DNA from: an uncultured delta proteobacterium
GTDB lineage: Bacteria; Desulfobacterota; Binatia; HRBIN30; BPIQ01
Direction of reading: 5' to 3'
DNA: 64,000 bases
Assembly (NCBI GenBank): GCA_963761335.1
Contig: CAVXGR010000018.1
Coordinates: 1,056,001-1,120,000 of the forward strand
The translations under genes and the position numbers were made by a program. The notes beneath the pieces are model-generated. The model had not been told where the DNA came from. It did no database searches and saw only the letters and a program-made list of their open reading frames with translations. This document shows positions 42,589 through 52,522 of this stretch, piece after piece. The stretch's first letter is position 1. Each line of letters starts with the position of its first letter.

Positions 42589-43272
42589 ATGATCGACCTG
42601 TACACCGCGCCGACGCCGAACGGCTGGAAGGCCTCCGTTACCCTGGAGGAGCTCGGGCTTCCCTACGAGGTCCACGTCATCAACCTCGCCGCCGGCGACC
42701 AGAAGCAGGAGGCGTATCTCGAGCTCAACCCCAACGGCCGCATTCCCACCATCGTCGACCGCGACGAGGACGACTTCGCCGTCTTCGAGTCGGGTGCCGT
42801 CCTGATCTATCTGGCCGAGAAGACCGGGCGGCTGATGCCCCAGGATCGCCGCGGGCGCTCCCGCGTGATCCAGTGGCTGATGTTCCAGATGGGCGGCATC
42901 GGCCCGATGATGGGGCAGGCGAACGTCTTCTTCCGCTACTTTCCGGAGAAGTATCAACCGGCCATCGATCGCTATCAGCACGAGTCGCGGCGGCTCTTCG
43001 AGGTGCTCGATCGCCGCCTCGGCAAGAGCGAGTGGCTGGCCGACGACTACTCCATCGCCGACATCGCCAACTGGTGCTGGGTGCGCACCTACAAGTGGTC
43101 CGGTGTGCCGATCGACGGCCTCTCCAACCTCCGGCGCTGGCTCGACGCCATGAAGGAACGCCCCGCCTGCCGGCGCGGCGTCGAGATCCCCTTCCGCCTT
43201 CCCGACATAACGGACAACGCCAAGGCAGTGCAGGAGTTCGCCGAGAACGCCCGCAAGTCCCTGCAGCGCTGA
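42589..43272 (+). CDS. Glutathione S-transferase (YfcG/YghU-like)
   Basis: [43 protein letters not shown]. Confidence 0.95.
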   Translation: MIDLYTAPTPNGWKASVTLEELGLPYEVHVINLAAGDQKQEAYLELNPNGRIPTIVDRDEDDFAVFESGAVLIYLAEKTGRLMPQDRRGRSRVIQWLMFQMGGIGPMMGQANVFFRYFPEKYQPAIDRYQHESRRLFEVLDRRLGKSEWLADDYSIADIANWCWVRTYKWSGVPIDGLSNLRRWLDAMKERPACRRGVEIPFRLPDITDNAKAVQEFAENARKSLQR

Positions 43273-43292
43273 GCCCTGGGCCGCAGAATGAG

Positions 43293-43635
43293 ATGGACGT
43301 CGCTCTCGAGCGCCTCGCCGACCTGAAGGACGAGCTTCTCGCCCGTGGCTTCTGTGTCGTGCGCGGCGTGATCGACGCCGGCGACGTGGGGGCGATCAAG
43401 GGGCGCCTGCGCTACATCGCTGCGCACCCGGGCTTCTACCGCCGCCTCGGCGTCTTCTTTGCCCCATCCTCTGCCGCCGCCCCGACCGGCGATCCCCTCG
43501 AGCGATTCGAGCAGATCGGCAACGTCCCCTTCCTCGACGCGGCGTGCCGTCGCCGTCTACTGCCGCACCCGCGCCTCATGCACCTCGCCCAAGCCGTGCT
43601 CGGGCCCGACGTCAACGTCATCAACGCCGGCTGGC
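43293..43635 (+). pseudogene. N-terminal fragment resembling a phytanoyl-CoA dioxygenase (PhyH)-family protein
   Basis: GFCVVRGVI...LLPHPRLMHLAQAVLGPDV; protein-like sequence breaks off before any HxD motif and the frame runs out of register into the sirtuin. Confidence 0.5.
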
Positions 43636-43677
43636 TCGCGGGACGGCGGAGGGCGGCTTGCGCACTCGGGCGCGGCA

Positions 43678-44475
43678 ATGACAGAATTCGCTCTCGCGAT
43701 GACCTATCAGAGAGAGGCGAGCGACGAAGCGATCCGAGACGTGCGCCGCTGGATCGCGGCGGCGCGGCGAATCGTCGTGCTCACCGGCGCGGGCATCTCG
43801 ACGGATTCCGGCATCCCCGACTTTCGCGGCCCGCAAGGTCTGTGGACCAAGAACCCGCAGGCGGAGAAGATGGCGACCCTGCAGCACTACATGGCCGATC
43901 CCGAGGTGCGCCGGCGCGCCTGGCGGAGCCGCCTCGAGTCGGCGGCGCATCTGCGCGAGCCGAATGCCGGCCATCATGCCCTCGTGGCACTCGAGCGGCG
44001 CGGCAACCTGCAGGCGCTGATCACGCAGAACATCGACGGGCTGCACCAGAAGGCCGGCAGCTCTGCCGAGCTGATCGTCGAGATCCACGGCACCATGCGC
44101 GAGGTGGTGTGCATGTCCTGCGGGGAGCGGGCGCCGATGGAGCGCGCCCTCGAGCGTGTCCACGCCGGCGAGGAGGATCCGTCCTGCCGCAGCTGCGGCG
44201 GCATCCTCAAGTCGGCGACCATCTCCTTCGGGCAGTCGCTGGTCGCCGAGGATCTGGCGCGCGCCGAGGAGGCGGCGCAGACCTGCGACCTGCTCCTCGC
44301 CATCGGCTCCACCCTCGGCGTCTATCCCATCGCTGCGGTGGTGCCGGTGGCCAAGGAGTGCGGCGCGCGGGTCGTCATCATCAACGGCGAGCCCACGGTG
44401 ATGGACAACCTCGCCGACCGCGTGCTGCGCGGCCCGATCGCCGAGCTGCTGACCGAGGTGCTCGCCGAGGCCTGA
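43678..44475 (+). CDS. Sir2/CobB-family NAD-dependent deacylase
   Basis: TGAGISTDSGIPDFRG, ITQNIDGLHQ, EIHG, CxxC...CxxC zinc site, IGSTL; alternative start at 43699. Confidence 0.95.
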   Translation: MTEFALAMTYQREASDEAIRDVRRWIAAARRIVVLTGAGISTDSGIPDFRGPQGLWTKNPQAEKMATLQHYMADPEVRRRAWRSRLESAAHLREPNAGHHALVALERRGNLQALITQNIDGLHQKAGSSAELIVEIHGTMREVVCMSCGERAPMERALERVHAGEEDPSCRSCGGILKSATISFGQSLVAEDLARAEEAAQTCDLLLAIGSTLGVYPIAAVVPVAKECGARVVIINGEPTVMDNLADRVLRGPIAELLTEVLAEA

Positions 44476-44525
44476 GGAAGTAGAGGCGCCGTCCCGGCGC
44501 TTTGCGAAGCGGCGAGACGCCGCTT

Positions 44526-47273
44526 CTACGTTGGCGGTGCCGGCGCCGCTGGGTTTCCCTCGAGCGCCTTGTGGAGCGCGTCCATCTCGGCACCGAAGGT
44601 CTGCCAGTTCCCCTGGCGCAGGGCGTCGAGAGCGGCGCGGTAATGGCTCAGGGCCGCGGAGTTGCCGACGCCGCCCGCGGCTGGTGGCGCCTCCGGCGGC
44701 GCGGCGCCGCTGCTGACCACGGCGGCGGGATTCGGCTCGCCGGCAAACAAGGCGGCCAACAGCGGCTCGACCTTCTGGGTCATGACGACGCGGTCACCGG
44801 TGGAGGCGATCAGGCGCTTCAGCTCCGGAAGCTGGCGGTTCTCGGCGCTCAGGTAGAGAGGCTCGACGTAGAGCAGCGAGTCGTCGATAGGAATGACCAG
44901 CAGGTTGCCGCGGATCACTCGCGAGCCGGTCTGGTTCCACAGAGAGAGCTGCTGCGAGATCGTCGTGTCCTGGTCGATGCGCGCCTCGATCTGCGAGGGG
45001 CCGTAGATGAGCTTCTCCTTGGGGAAACGGTACTCGATCACCGAGCCATAGGCGGCGCCGTCGCAGCGCGCCGCCAGCCAGGCGATCATGTTGTCGCGGT
45101 TGTTCGGCACCATCGGCAGCATGAGGATGAGCTCCTCGCGCGTCTCGCCCGGCAGCCGCATGATCGTGTAGTACGGCTGCATCTGCACCGACTGGCCGCT
45201 GTAGGTCTCCTGCGGAAAGCTCCACAGGTCTTCCTTGTTGTAGAAGACCTCGGGGTCGGTCATGTGGTAGGTGCTGTAGACGCTCGCCTGCAGCACGAAG
45301 AGGTCCTCCGGATAGCGGACGTGCCGGCGCAGCGTCGCCGGCATCTCGTCGAGCGGATGGAACAGCGCCGGGAAGATGTGCTGGTAGGTGCGCAGGATCG
45401 GATCGTCGGGATCGGCGACGTAGAGGCGTACGGTGCCGTCGTAGGCATCGACGGCGATCTTCACGGAGTTGCGGATGTAGTTGATGCCGCTGGTCGTGAC
45501 CGGCTGGGAGTAGGGCAGGGCGTCACTGGTGGTGTAGGCGTCCTGCAGCCACACCAGTCGCCCGTCGCTGATCACCAGGTAGGGGTCGCGGTCGAGCGCC
45601 AGGAAGGGGGCGACGCGGCGGATGCGATCGCGGATCAGGCGGCGGAAGAGGATGCGGCTGGCGTCGCTGACGTTGCCGCTGATCAGCAGCTTGACGTCGC
45701 CGAGATACCAGGCGAACAGCAGCCGGCGCCAGAGGCTGTCGAGGGCCACGCCGCCGGCGCCGTTGTAGGTCGTGTAGACGTTGTCCTCTCCCTTCGGGTA
45801 GTCGAACTCCTTGTTGGCGCCGCCGACGACGATGAAGTTGCTGGTCTTCTCGCCGAAGTAGATCGCCGGACGCTCGATCCGCAGGTCGGGCGGGGAGACG
45901 GGAGGGATGTCCTTGACGGTGAACACCGGCAGTCCCTCGTTGTCGAAGCGGTTGACCGGGCTCATCGCCAGGCCGATGCCGTGGGTGAACTTGAAATGCA
46001 GGTTGATCCAGGTCTGCGCTTCCTGTGGAAGGCGTGACTGATCGAGCTCGCGGGCGGCCAGCATCACCTGGCGGTAATCTCCGTCGAGCGTGTAGCGATC
46101 GACGTCGACGTCGTGAAAATCGTAGTAGAGGCGGATCTCCTGCAGCTGTCTGTAGGTCTGCAGCAGCGGTCTCGGGTCCCACCAGCGGATGTTCTGGATG
46201 GTGGCCTTGTTGGCCGCCATCGTCGCCGCCGTCAGCCGGCCGCTGGCGGGAAACTCCTGGGCGGTGATGCGGTCCAGTCCGAACCCGTAGCGGGTCAGGG
46301 AGATGTTGTCGGCGATGTACGGCGATTCCAGGCGCAGCTCGTCCGGCTTGACACGATAGCTCTGCACCAGCGGCGGCGCGAACCATTCGATGAGCGAGGC
46401 GGCGAAGACGAGCACGGCAGCGGCCACCGGCAGGCGCAGGTCCGGCCGCACCACGGCGGCCGCGGAGATCAACGCGCCGATCACCGAGAGCGCCGCCAGC
46501 GCCGCCAGCAGGGGGAGGCGCACGTTGACGTCGGTGTAGGCGGCGCCGAAGACGACGCCGTTGTTGCTCATCAGCAGGTCGTAGCGCTGCAGCAGGTAGT
46601 CGCCGGCTTTGAAGAGGAAGAACACGGCGAGCAGCGCCGACAGATGGCGCAGCGGCGCGGGCGACAGGCGCGGCGGCCCCTGGTCGGTCTCGATGGCGCC
46701 GCGGCCCCAGTAGACGAGGGCGGCGATCATCGCCGAGAGCAGCACCACGAGCAGGCCCCAGTCGCGCAGGGCGTTCCACATGGGCAGGGTGAAGACGTAG
46801 AAGCCGAGGTCGAGACCGAAGAGGGGGTCGGTGCGCCCGAACGGCACGGCGTCGCGCCACTTGAGAAACTGCTCCCATCCCGAGGCGTAGCCCAGGCCGA
46901 TGAAGAGGCTGAGCAACGAGGCCGCGGCCAGTGCCAGCAGGCGCCAGGGGAAGCGCTCGAAGGAGATCTCCAGGACGTCGGCGGGCTCGCCGGTGGGCCC
47001 GTTGCTGCGCACCATGCGCAGGCGCCGCACCCGCGGGCCGCGGCCGTGCGCCGCCAGCAGGCCGTTGGCGGCGAAGATCAGCCAGGAGGGAACGGCGACG
47101 ATGACGAACACCTCGAGCCGCGCCACCCAGGTGGTGGTGAATACGGATCCCAGCCCCAGGGAGTCGAACCACAGCCAATCGACGAAGACCCCGCTCAGCG
47201 CTGCCGCCGAGATCACCAGGACGGCGGCGAGCGCGGCGACGGCCAGGATGGTGCGCGCGCGGAAAGGGGTCAT
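44526..47273 (-). CDS. UPF0182 family membrane protein
   Basis: DWLWF, DPLFGLDLGFYVFTLP, QEIRLYYDF.DVDVDRY, NYIRNSVK, HVRYPEDLF, VIRGNLL, YVEPLY. Confidence 0.95.
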   Translation of the reverse strand: MTPFRARTILAVAALAAVLVISAAALSGVFVDWLWFDSLGLGSVFTTTWVARLEVFVIVAVPSWLIFAANGLLAAHGRGPRVRRLRMVRSNGPTGEPADVLEISFERFPWRLLALAAASLLSLFIGLGYASGWEQFLKWRDAVPFGRTDPLFGLDLGFYVFTLPMWNALRDWGLLVVLLSAMIAALVYWGRGAIETDQGPPRLSPAPLRHLSALLAVFFLFKAGDYLLQRYDLLMSNNGVVFGAAYTDVNVRLPLLAALAALSVIGALISAAAVVRPDLRLPVAAAVLVFAASLIEWFAPPLVQSYRVKPDELRLESPYIADNISLTRYGFGLDRITAQEFPASGRLTAATMAANKATIQNIRWWDPRPLLQTYRQLQEIRLYYDFHDVDVDRYTLDGDYRQVMLAARELDQSRLPQEAQTWINLHFKFTHGIGLAMSPVNRFDNEGLPVFTVKDIPPVSPPDLRIERPAIYFGEKTSNFIVVGGANKEFDYPKGEDNVYTTYNGAGGVALDSLWRRLLFAWYLGDVKLLISGNVSDASRILFRRLIRDRIRRVAPFLALDRDPYLVISDGRLVWLQDAYTTSDALPYSQPVTTSGINYIRNSVKIAVDAYDGTVRLYVADPDDPILRTYQHIFPALFHPLDEMPATLRRHVRYPEDLFVLQASVYSTYHMTDPEVFYNKEDLWSFPQETYSGQSVQMQPYYTIMRLPGETREELILMLPMVPNNRDNMIAWLAARCDGAAYGSVIEYRFPKEKLIYGPSQIEARIDQDTTISQQLSLWNQTGSRVIRGNLLVIPIDDSLLYVEPLYLSAENRQLPELKRLIASTGDRVVMTQKVEPLLAALFAGEPNPAAVVSSGAAPPEAPPAAGGVGNSAALSHYRAALDALRQGNWQTFGAEMDALHKALEGNPAAPAPPT

Positions 47274-47349
47274 CGAGAGCGATCACCGTAGCCGTGTAGG
47301 GGAGCCTTTTCAAACGCGCGCCCGGAACGGGCCCGGGGCGGGCCGTTCT

Positions 47350-47471
47350 CATTCTCATTCCCGGTTCTCATCCCGTCGTCTTCCATTGCCCTGATGGCCG
47401 CGGAAAATCGCGAGCCCCGCAGACAACGGAAAACGACGGCATGAGAACCGGGAATGAGAACCGGGAATGAG
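47350..47471. repeat. Inverted repeat of the CCGGGAATGAGAA family, possible terminator
   Basis: CTCATTCCCGGTTCTCAT...ATGAGAACCGGGAATGAG; related motifs at ~15540-15565 and 37121-37244. Confidence 0.7.
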
Positions 47472-47478
47472 CGAGAGA

Positions 47479-49080
47479 TCAGCCTTCCCGGTACACACCC
47501 ACCGCATCCGGGGTGAAGCGCTCCAATAGAAACCGCTCCTGGGGCTTCTCCGATGCCGTCTTGGGGATCTCCTCGACGACCTGGAGATACGCGGGCACGA
47601 AGTTCGGCTCCAGATCGCGGCGGCACTTGGCGAACACGGCGCTCGCGGAGAGCTGCGCGCCCGGCATGGGGACCACGGCGGCGACCACGTCCTTCTCTCC
47701 CGGCGCCCCCGACGCTGCGGCAATGCCGTAGACGAACACCTCGGATACGTCCGAGTGCTCGGCGATCACTTTCTCCACGAACCCCGGGTTCACGAAGTCG
47801 CCGTTGTGGCGGATGCCGCCGCCCTTGCGGTAGTCGAAGAAGAACCATCCCTCGCCGTCGCGGTGCCCCATGTCGCCGCTGCGCAGCCAGCCGCCCTCGG
47901 TCTTCTTGCGCGAGGCGCTCTCGTCCCCGAAGTAGTCGACGCGCGCCGCCTCGCCGCTCGCCGGCCGCGAGACGATCTCGCCCACGGCTCCGGGCGGACA
48001 TTCCGCGTCGCGCTCGTCGACGATCTTCATCTCCAGCCCCGGCACGGGTTTGCCGAAGCTGCCAATCGGGCCCACGCCGATCGGCTTGAAGGCGAGGCCG
48101 CCCTCGATGGCGCCGTACCACTCGAAGATGCGCGCCCCGAAGCGCCCTTCGAACGCCTCCCAGATGGCGGGCGGCATGCCGGCGTCGATCACCATGCGCA
48201 CCGGGTTGTCGGCGTCGTCGGCGCGCGGCGGCTCGCTGTAGATCGCCATCGCCATGCCGCCGAGCATGGAGAAGGTGGTGCAGCCATAGCGGCGGCTGAT
48301 GTCCCAGAGCTTCGACTTGGTGAAGCGGCGGCTGAAGACGGCGCGCATGCCCATGTGCAACGACGGGCCGAGAGTCACCGCCTGGGCGTTGCCGTGGGTG
48401 AGCGACAGACCGGTGTAGGGACGGTCGTCCTGCCGGTACCCGAGAAGAGTGCCCAGGAGGGCGAAGAGGCCGAAGCGGGCGTTGGGGAACACCACCCCCT
48501 TGGGGTCGCCGGTGGTGCCCGAGGTATAGATGATCTGCAGCGGATCCTCGGGTGACTGCAGTCGCACGTCGACGCTGACCTCCGGGCCGGAAAGGACGTT
48601 CTGAAGGAGATCGGCAGTCGATGTCGACAGCGGCTCCGGCATCTCGTCGGTGCGCAGCACCAGCACCCACTCGAGCAGCGGCAGTGAGGGACGCACGGCC
48701 TCGATCGCCGGCAGGCAGTAGTCGGCGCAAATGACTCCGTGGCACTCCGAGTTCGCCAGCGTGTAGGCCAGCTTGGCGCCGCGGGTGCGCGGGTCGATGG
48801 GAACGGCGACGCAGCCGCTGATCGAGGCGCCGATCAGCGACTCGACCGCCTGCGGATGGTTGCGCATCATCAGGGCGAAGCGCTCGCCTCGCCTGAGGCC
48901 GCGGGCGATCAGCGCCGCGGCGATGCGGTTGCCGTTGCGGTCGAGCTGCGCGTAGGTGCGCACCTCGTCCTCCTGCCCGTCGAGGCTCCAGCGCTCGAAG
49001 GTGAGCACGTCCAAATCGGGGGCGCGCTCGGCGCGTGCCGCCACCAGGTCGGCGAGGATCATCTCGTTGCGCTCGCGCAT
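47479..49080 (-). CDS. Acyl-CoA ligase (CaiC-like AMP-binding)
   Basis: YTSGTTGDPKG, YGAIEG, WLRSGD, PKTASEK. Confidence 0.93.
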   Translation of the reverse strand: MRERNEMILADLVAARAERAPDLDVLTFERWSLDGQEDEVRTYAQLDRNGNRIAAALIARGLRRGERFALMMRNHPQAVESLIGASISGCVAVPIDPRTRGAKLAYTLANSECHGVICADYCLPAIEAVRPSLPLLEWVLVLRTDEMPEPLSTSTADLLQNVLSGPEVSVDVRLQSPEDPLQIIYTSGTTGDPKGVVFPNARFGLFALLGTLLGYRQDDRPYTGLSLTHGNAQAVTLGPSLHMGMRAVFSRRFTKSKLWDISRRYGCTTFSMLGGMAMAIYSEPPRADDADNPVRMVIDAGMPPAIWEAFEGRFGARIFEWYGAIEGGLAFKPIGVGPIGSFGKPVPGLEMKIVDERDAECPPGAVGEIVSRPASGEAARVDYFGDESASRKKTEGGWLRSGDMGHRDGEGWFFFDYRKGGGIRHNGDFVNPGFVEKVIAEHSDVSEVFVYGIAAASGAPGEKDVVAAVVPMPGAQLSASAVFAKCRRDLEPNFVPAYLQVVEEIPKTASEKPQERFLLERFTPDAVGVYREG

Positions 49081-49104
49081 GCGCCTTCTCCTCTCGCGGG
49101 CCGA

Positions 49105-50337
49105 CTACACGCCCAGGATGGTGACGCACATCGCCGCGGCATCGGTACCGATGGCGCCGCCGCCGTTGTGCGCCAGACCGACGCGGGCGCCCTCCACCTG
49201 GCGCGCGCCGCAGCGGCCCTGAATCTGCTCGGTGAGCTCGACGATCTGGGCGATGCCCGTGGCGCCGACCGGATGGCCCTTGCGCAGCAGGCCGCCCGAG
49301 GAGTTCACCGGGATCCGGCCGCCGAGGCGCGTGGCTCCCGATTCGACGAGAGGGCCGCCGCCGCCTTTCTCGCACAGGCCGAGGGCTTCGTACGCCATGA
49401 TCTCGGCGGGCGCCGAGGCGTCGTGGCACTCGAGCAGATCGATCTCGCCCGGGCCGACTCCCGCCTCCGCGTAGGCTTCCGCGGCGCACAGCTCGGCGAC
49501 GCCCGGCTCGTCGGGGGCGCGATCCCAACCGGAGTGCAGCGCGCAGGAGAGCACCCGCACCGGGAGGCGAATCCCCAGCTGGCGCGCCCGGCTCTCGCTG
49601 GCGACCACCACCGCCGCGGCGCCGTCGCCGATCGGCGAGCACATCGGGCGCGTCAGTGGCGGCGCGATCATCGGCGCCGCCAGAACGTCCTCGATGCTGA
49701 GGACCTCGCGGAACTGGGCGCGCGGATTGAGGCTGCCGTGCAGCGAGTTCTTGGCGGCGACGGCGGCGAACTGGCGCTCCGTGGTTCCGTAGCGCTGCAT
49801 GTGCGCCCGCGCCGCCGCCGCGTAGATGTCCATGAACATCGAACGCTTCTCGCCGGCACCGCCGCCGCCCTGGCCGCCCTTGCCGCCGGAGGCGCCCTGC
49901 TTCAGGGCTTCGAGCATCGGCGCCAGCAGCTCGACGTCGACGGCGCCGCTGAAGGCGGCGAAGCTGCGGCGCTTGTCCTCGTGGTAGAGCTTCTCGACGC
50001 CGAGGGCGAGCACCAGGTCGAAGGCGCCGGCGGTCACCGCCATGCACGCCTGATGCAGAGCCGTGGAGGCGCTGGCGCAGGCGTTCTCGACGTTGATCAC
50101 CGGGATGCGGCCGATGCCCATGCCGCGCAGGATGACCTGGCCGCGGATACACTCCTGGCCGGTGACCAGACCGGCGGCGGCATTGCCGACGAAGGCCGCC
50201 TCGAGGGCTCCGGCCTCCACGCCGGCATCGGCGAGTGCCGCCTTCACGGCCTCGGCGCCGATCGCCTTGAGACCCGACTCCATGTGCTTGCCGAAACGCG
50301 TCATGCCGACGCCGACGATCATTGCTTTCGGTTTCAT
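49105..50337 (-). CDS. SCP2-type thiolase family protein
   Basis: GVGMTRFGK, VENACAS, CSPIGDGAAA, ECHDA, SGGLLRKGHPVGATG, HNGG. Confidence 0.93.
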   Translation of the reverse strand: MKPKAMIVGVGMTRFGKHMESGLKAIGAEAVKAALADAGVEAGALEAAFVGNAAAGLVTGQECIRGQVILRGMGIGRIPVINVENACASASTALHQACMAVTAGAFDLVLALGVEKLYHEDKRRSFAAFSGAVDVELLAPMLEALKQGASGGKGGQGGGGAGEKRSMFMDIYAAAARAHMQRYGTTERQFAAVAAKNSLHGSLNPRAQFREVLSIEDVLAAPMIAPPLTRPMCSPIGDGAAAVVVASESRARQLGIRLPVRVLSCALHSGWDRAPDEPGVAELCAAEAYAEAGVGPGEIDLLECHDASAPAEIMAYEALGLCEKGGGGPLVESGATRLGGRIPVNSSGGLLRKGHPVGATGIAQIVELTEQIQGRCGARQVEGARVGLAHNGGGAIGTDAAAMCVTILGV

Positions 50338-50341
50338 GCGC

Positions 50342-51130
50342 TCACAGTAACCCGTGGCCTTTGATGCCCAGGGCCTTCTTCAGGTACTCCAGCTCGGCCT
50401 CGCGCCAGGGGCGCGGCGCCGGATTCTGGATCATGCCGTCCTCCTCCAGCTCGGCCACCACCTCCGCGGATCGGGGGAAGGCCTCGCCGTAGCGGTTCAT
50501 ATGGAAGAGCGTCTCGAAGGGCTGTCGCGGCCGCTGGCCGCCGGCGTCGGGGCTCTCGGCCGGGTAGCCGACGGTCTGCAGCAGGAGCACCCGGCAGCCG
50601 TCGGGCAGGCCGAGATTGAGGCGGATCTTCTCGAGGTTCGGCGACGCCAGGCAGCAGGTGCCGAGACCCTGCTCGAAGGCGGCGAGAGTGGCCTGGGCGA
50701 TCCCTTGGCCGCAGTCGACCTCGCCGATGCCGGGCTGCTTCAGATGGTCGCGGATCGAGTCGAAGATGGGGATCAGCTGGTTCTCGAGAGCGTCGCGCTT
50801 TCCCTCGCCGAAGCCGAGGGCGCCGGCCTCGAGGAGCTCTCGCAGGCGGTCCGATTGCTGATCGACGGCGTTGGTGTCGATGTACCAGACGATCACCACC
50901 GGCGCGAGGCGGATCTGGAAGCCGGCGATCGGCGCCACCAGCGACTCGACGACCTCCGGGGGCGCCGAATCGCGGAAGACGACGACGGCGCGCAGGCTGT
51001 TGACGTTGCCCCAGTGCGAGGCCAGGCGCGCCGCCTCGAGCATGCGCTGGATCTTCTCCGGCTCGACCGGCTTGTAGGGCAGCATGAAACGGATCGAGCG
51101 GCGGCGTCCGATGACTTGGCGGAGCTCCAT
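50342..51130 (-). CDS. Nitroreductase-family flavoprotein
   Basis: RRRSIR, LEAARLAS, APVVI, EQGLGTC, VGYP. Confidence 0.88.
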   Translation of the reverse strand: MELRQVIGRRRSIRFMLPYKPVEPEKIQRMLEAARLASHWGNVNSLRAVVVFRDSAPPEVVESLVAPIAGFQIRLAPVVIVWYIDTNAVDQQSDRLRELLEAGALGFGEGKRDALENQLIPIFDSIRDHLKQPGIGEVDCGQGIAQATLAAFEQGLGTCCLASPNLEKIRLNLGLPDGCRVLLLQTVGYPAESPDAGGQRPRQPFETLFHMNRYGEAFPRSAEVVAELEEDGMIQNPAPRPWREAELEYLKKALGIKGHGLL

Positions 51131-51143
51131 GACTCTTCTCTCC

Positions 51144-52346
51144 TTACAGCTTGGCGGCGCCCACGAGGCTGAGCATCTCGTTGCAGCCGTCCTCGATCAT
51201 CGAGGCGCGGGCGTCGCGCAGCAGCTTCTCGATCGGGTACTCGCGGCTGAGGCCGTTGCCGCCGAAGATCTGCAGGGCGGCGCTCGCCGCCTCGAAGGCG
51301 GTGTTGGTGCAGAACACCTTGGAGGCGATCGAGTACTGCACCAGCGGCGGGTTGGTGTTGTTGTAGAGCATGACGCGCCAGGCGAGCGAGCGCGCCGCCT
51401 CCACCTGCGCGAAGGTGCGGAAGAGGCGCGACTTCACGTTCTGGTGCTCGAAGATCGGCACGCCGCCCTGGACCCGCTCCTTGGCGTAGCCGAGGGCGTG
51501 CTCGAGGGCGGCGCGCGCCAAGCCTACGAAGATCGCCCCCATGGAGGCGTTGGCCATTGCCAGCACCGCCTCGACCACGGCCGCGTAGGCCTCGGGTCCG
51601 ACCACCATGTAGTCGGCGGGGATGCGCACCTCGTCGAAGAAGATCTCTCCCTGGTTGAGGGCGCGCTGCCCGAGCTTGTCGAGCGGCTGGCCGCGCGATA
51701 CTCCCGGTAGCTCCAGCGGCACCAGGCAGACGCCGCCGCCGCGAAACCCGAGCGCCGGATCGACGGTGCAGAATAGAGTGGCGACGCTGGCGATGGTGCC
51801 GTTCGATACCCAGGCGGATTTCTGTCCGCTGATGACGTAATGATCGCCGTCGGGGCGGGCGACGCAGTTCGGCTTCAGCTTGGGGCTGGCGAAGCTCGGC
51901 TCGGTCACTGCCAGCGAGTCGCTGCCGTGATCCGGCTCGGTGACCGCCCAGCAGCCGATGTCGCGGTTGTCGGGCGCGCCGAAGCGCTCGAGGAGGGCCG
52001 GCCTTCCGGACATGTGCGCGAAGAGCTTGTGGAAGCCGCCGACGCCGAGGCTGATGGCGAGACCGGAGTCGCCCCAGCCGAGCTCCTCGGAGATCAGGAA
52101 GCGGAGGCGCGCGTGCTCGGCGGGATCCTCGCCGCCGGTGACCTCCAGTGCGTCCAGCTGCAGGGCGTGGTAGGTCTCGAAGACCTTCCACAGCGGCGAT
52201 TCGCCGGCGATCACCAAGGCGGGATCGGCGAGGCGGTCGAGCTGGCGCCCCACCGGGCGGAGCACCTCCACGGCGAATCGATGCGCTGTTTCCCGCACCG
52301 CTCGCTCCTGGTCCGTGAGAGTGATTTCGAGGTCGGCAAACGCCAT
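51144..52346 (-). CDS. Acyl-CoA dehydrogenase
   Basis: EELGWGD, WAVTEPDHGSD, GQKSAWVSNG, KLGQR, ERVQGG, QIFGGNG, EKLLRD, IEDG; alternative start at 52403. Confidence 0.95.
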   Translation of the reverse strand: MAFADLEITLTDQERAVRETAHRFAVEVLRPVGRQLDRLADPALVIAGESPLWKVFETYHALQLDALEVTGGEDPAEHARLRFLISEELGWGDSGLAISLGVGGFHKLFAHMSGRPALLERFGAPDNRDIGCWAVTEPDHGSDSLAVTEPSFASPKLKPNCVARPDGDHYVISGQKSAWVSNGTIASVATLFCTVDPALGFRGGGVCLVPLELPGVSRGQPLDKLGQRALNQGEIFFDEVRIPADYMVVGPEAYAAVVEAVLAMANASMGAIFVGLARAALEHALGYAKERVQGGVPIFEHQNVKSRLFRTFAQVEAARSLAWRVMLYNNTNPPLVQYSIASKVFCTNTAFEAASAALQIFGGNGLSREYPIEKLLRDARASMIEDGCNEMLSLVGAAKL

Positions 52347-52522
52347 CGCAGCACCTTTCTTCGCGAGCGATCCTAGCGGGGCAGGGGAGGCGTTCCATGA
52401 CATATGTCATCCCTCGACCTGATCGCGGCTACCCATGCGCGCTGGCGGAATGATCTTTGTCAGCTCAATTCCTGCGCCCGGTCCTGGATCGCGCCGGATG
52501 CGCCGGCATAACCGGAGGCGTG

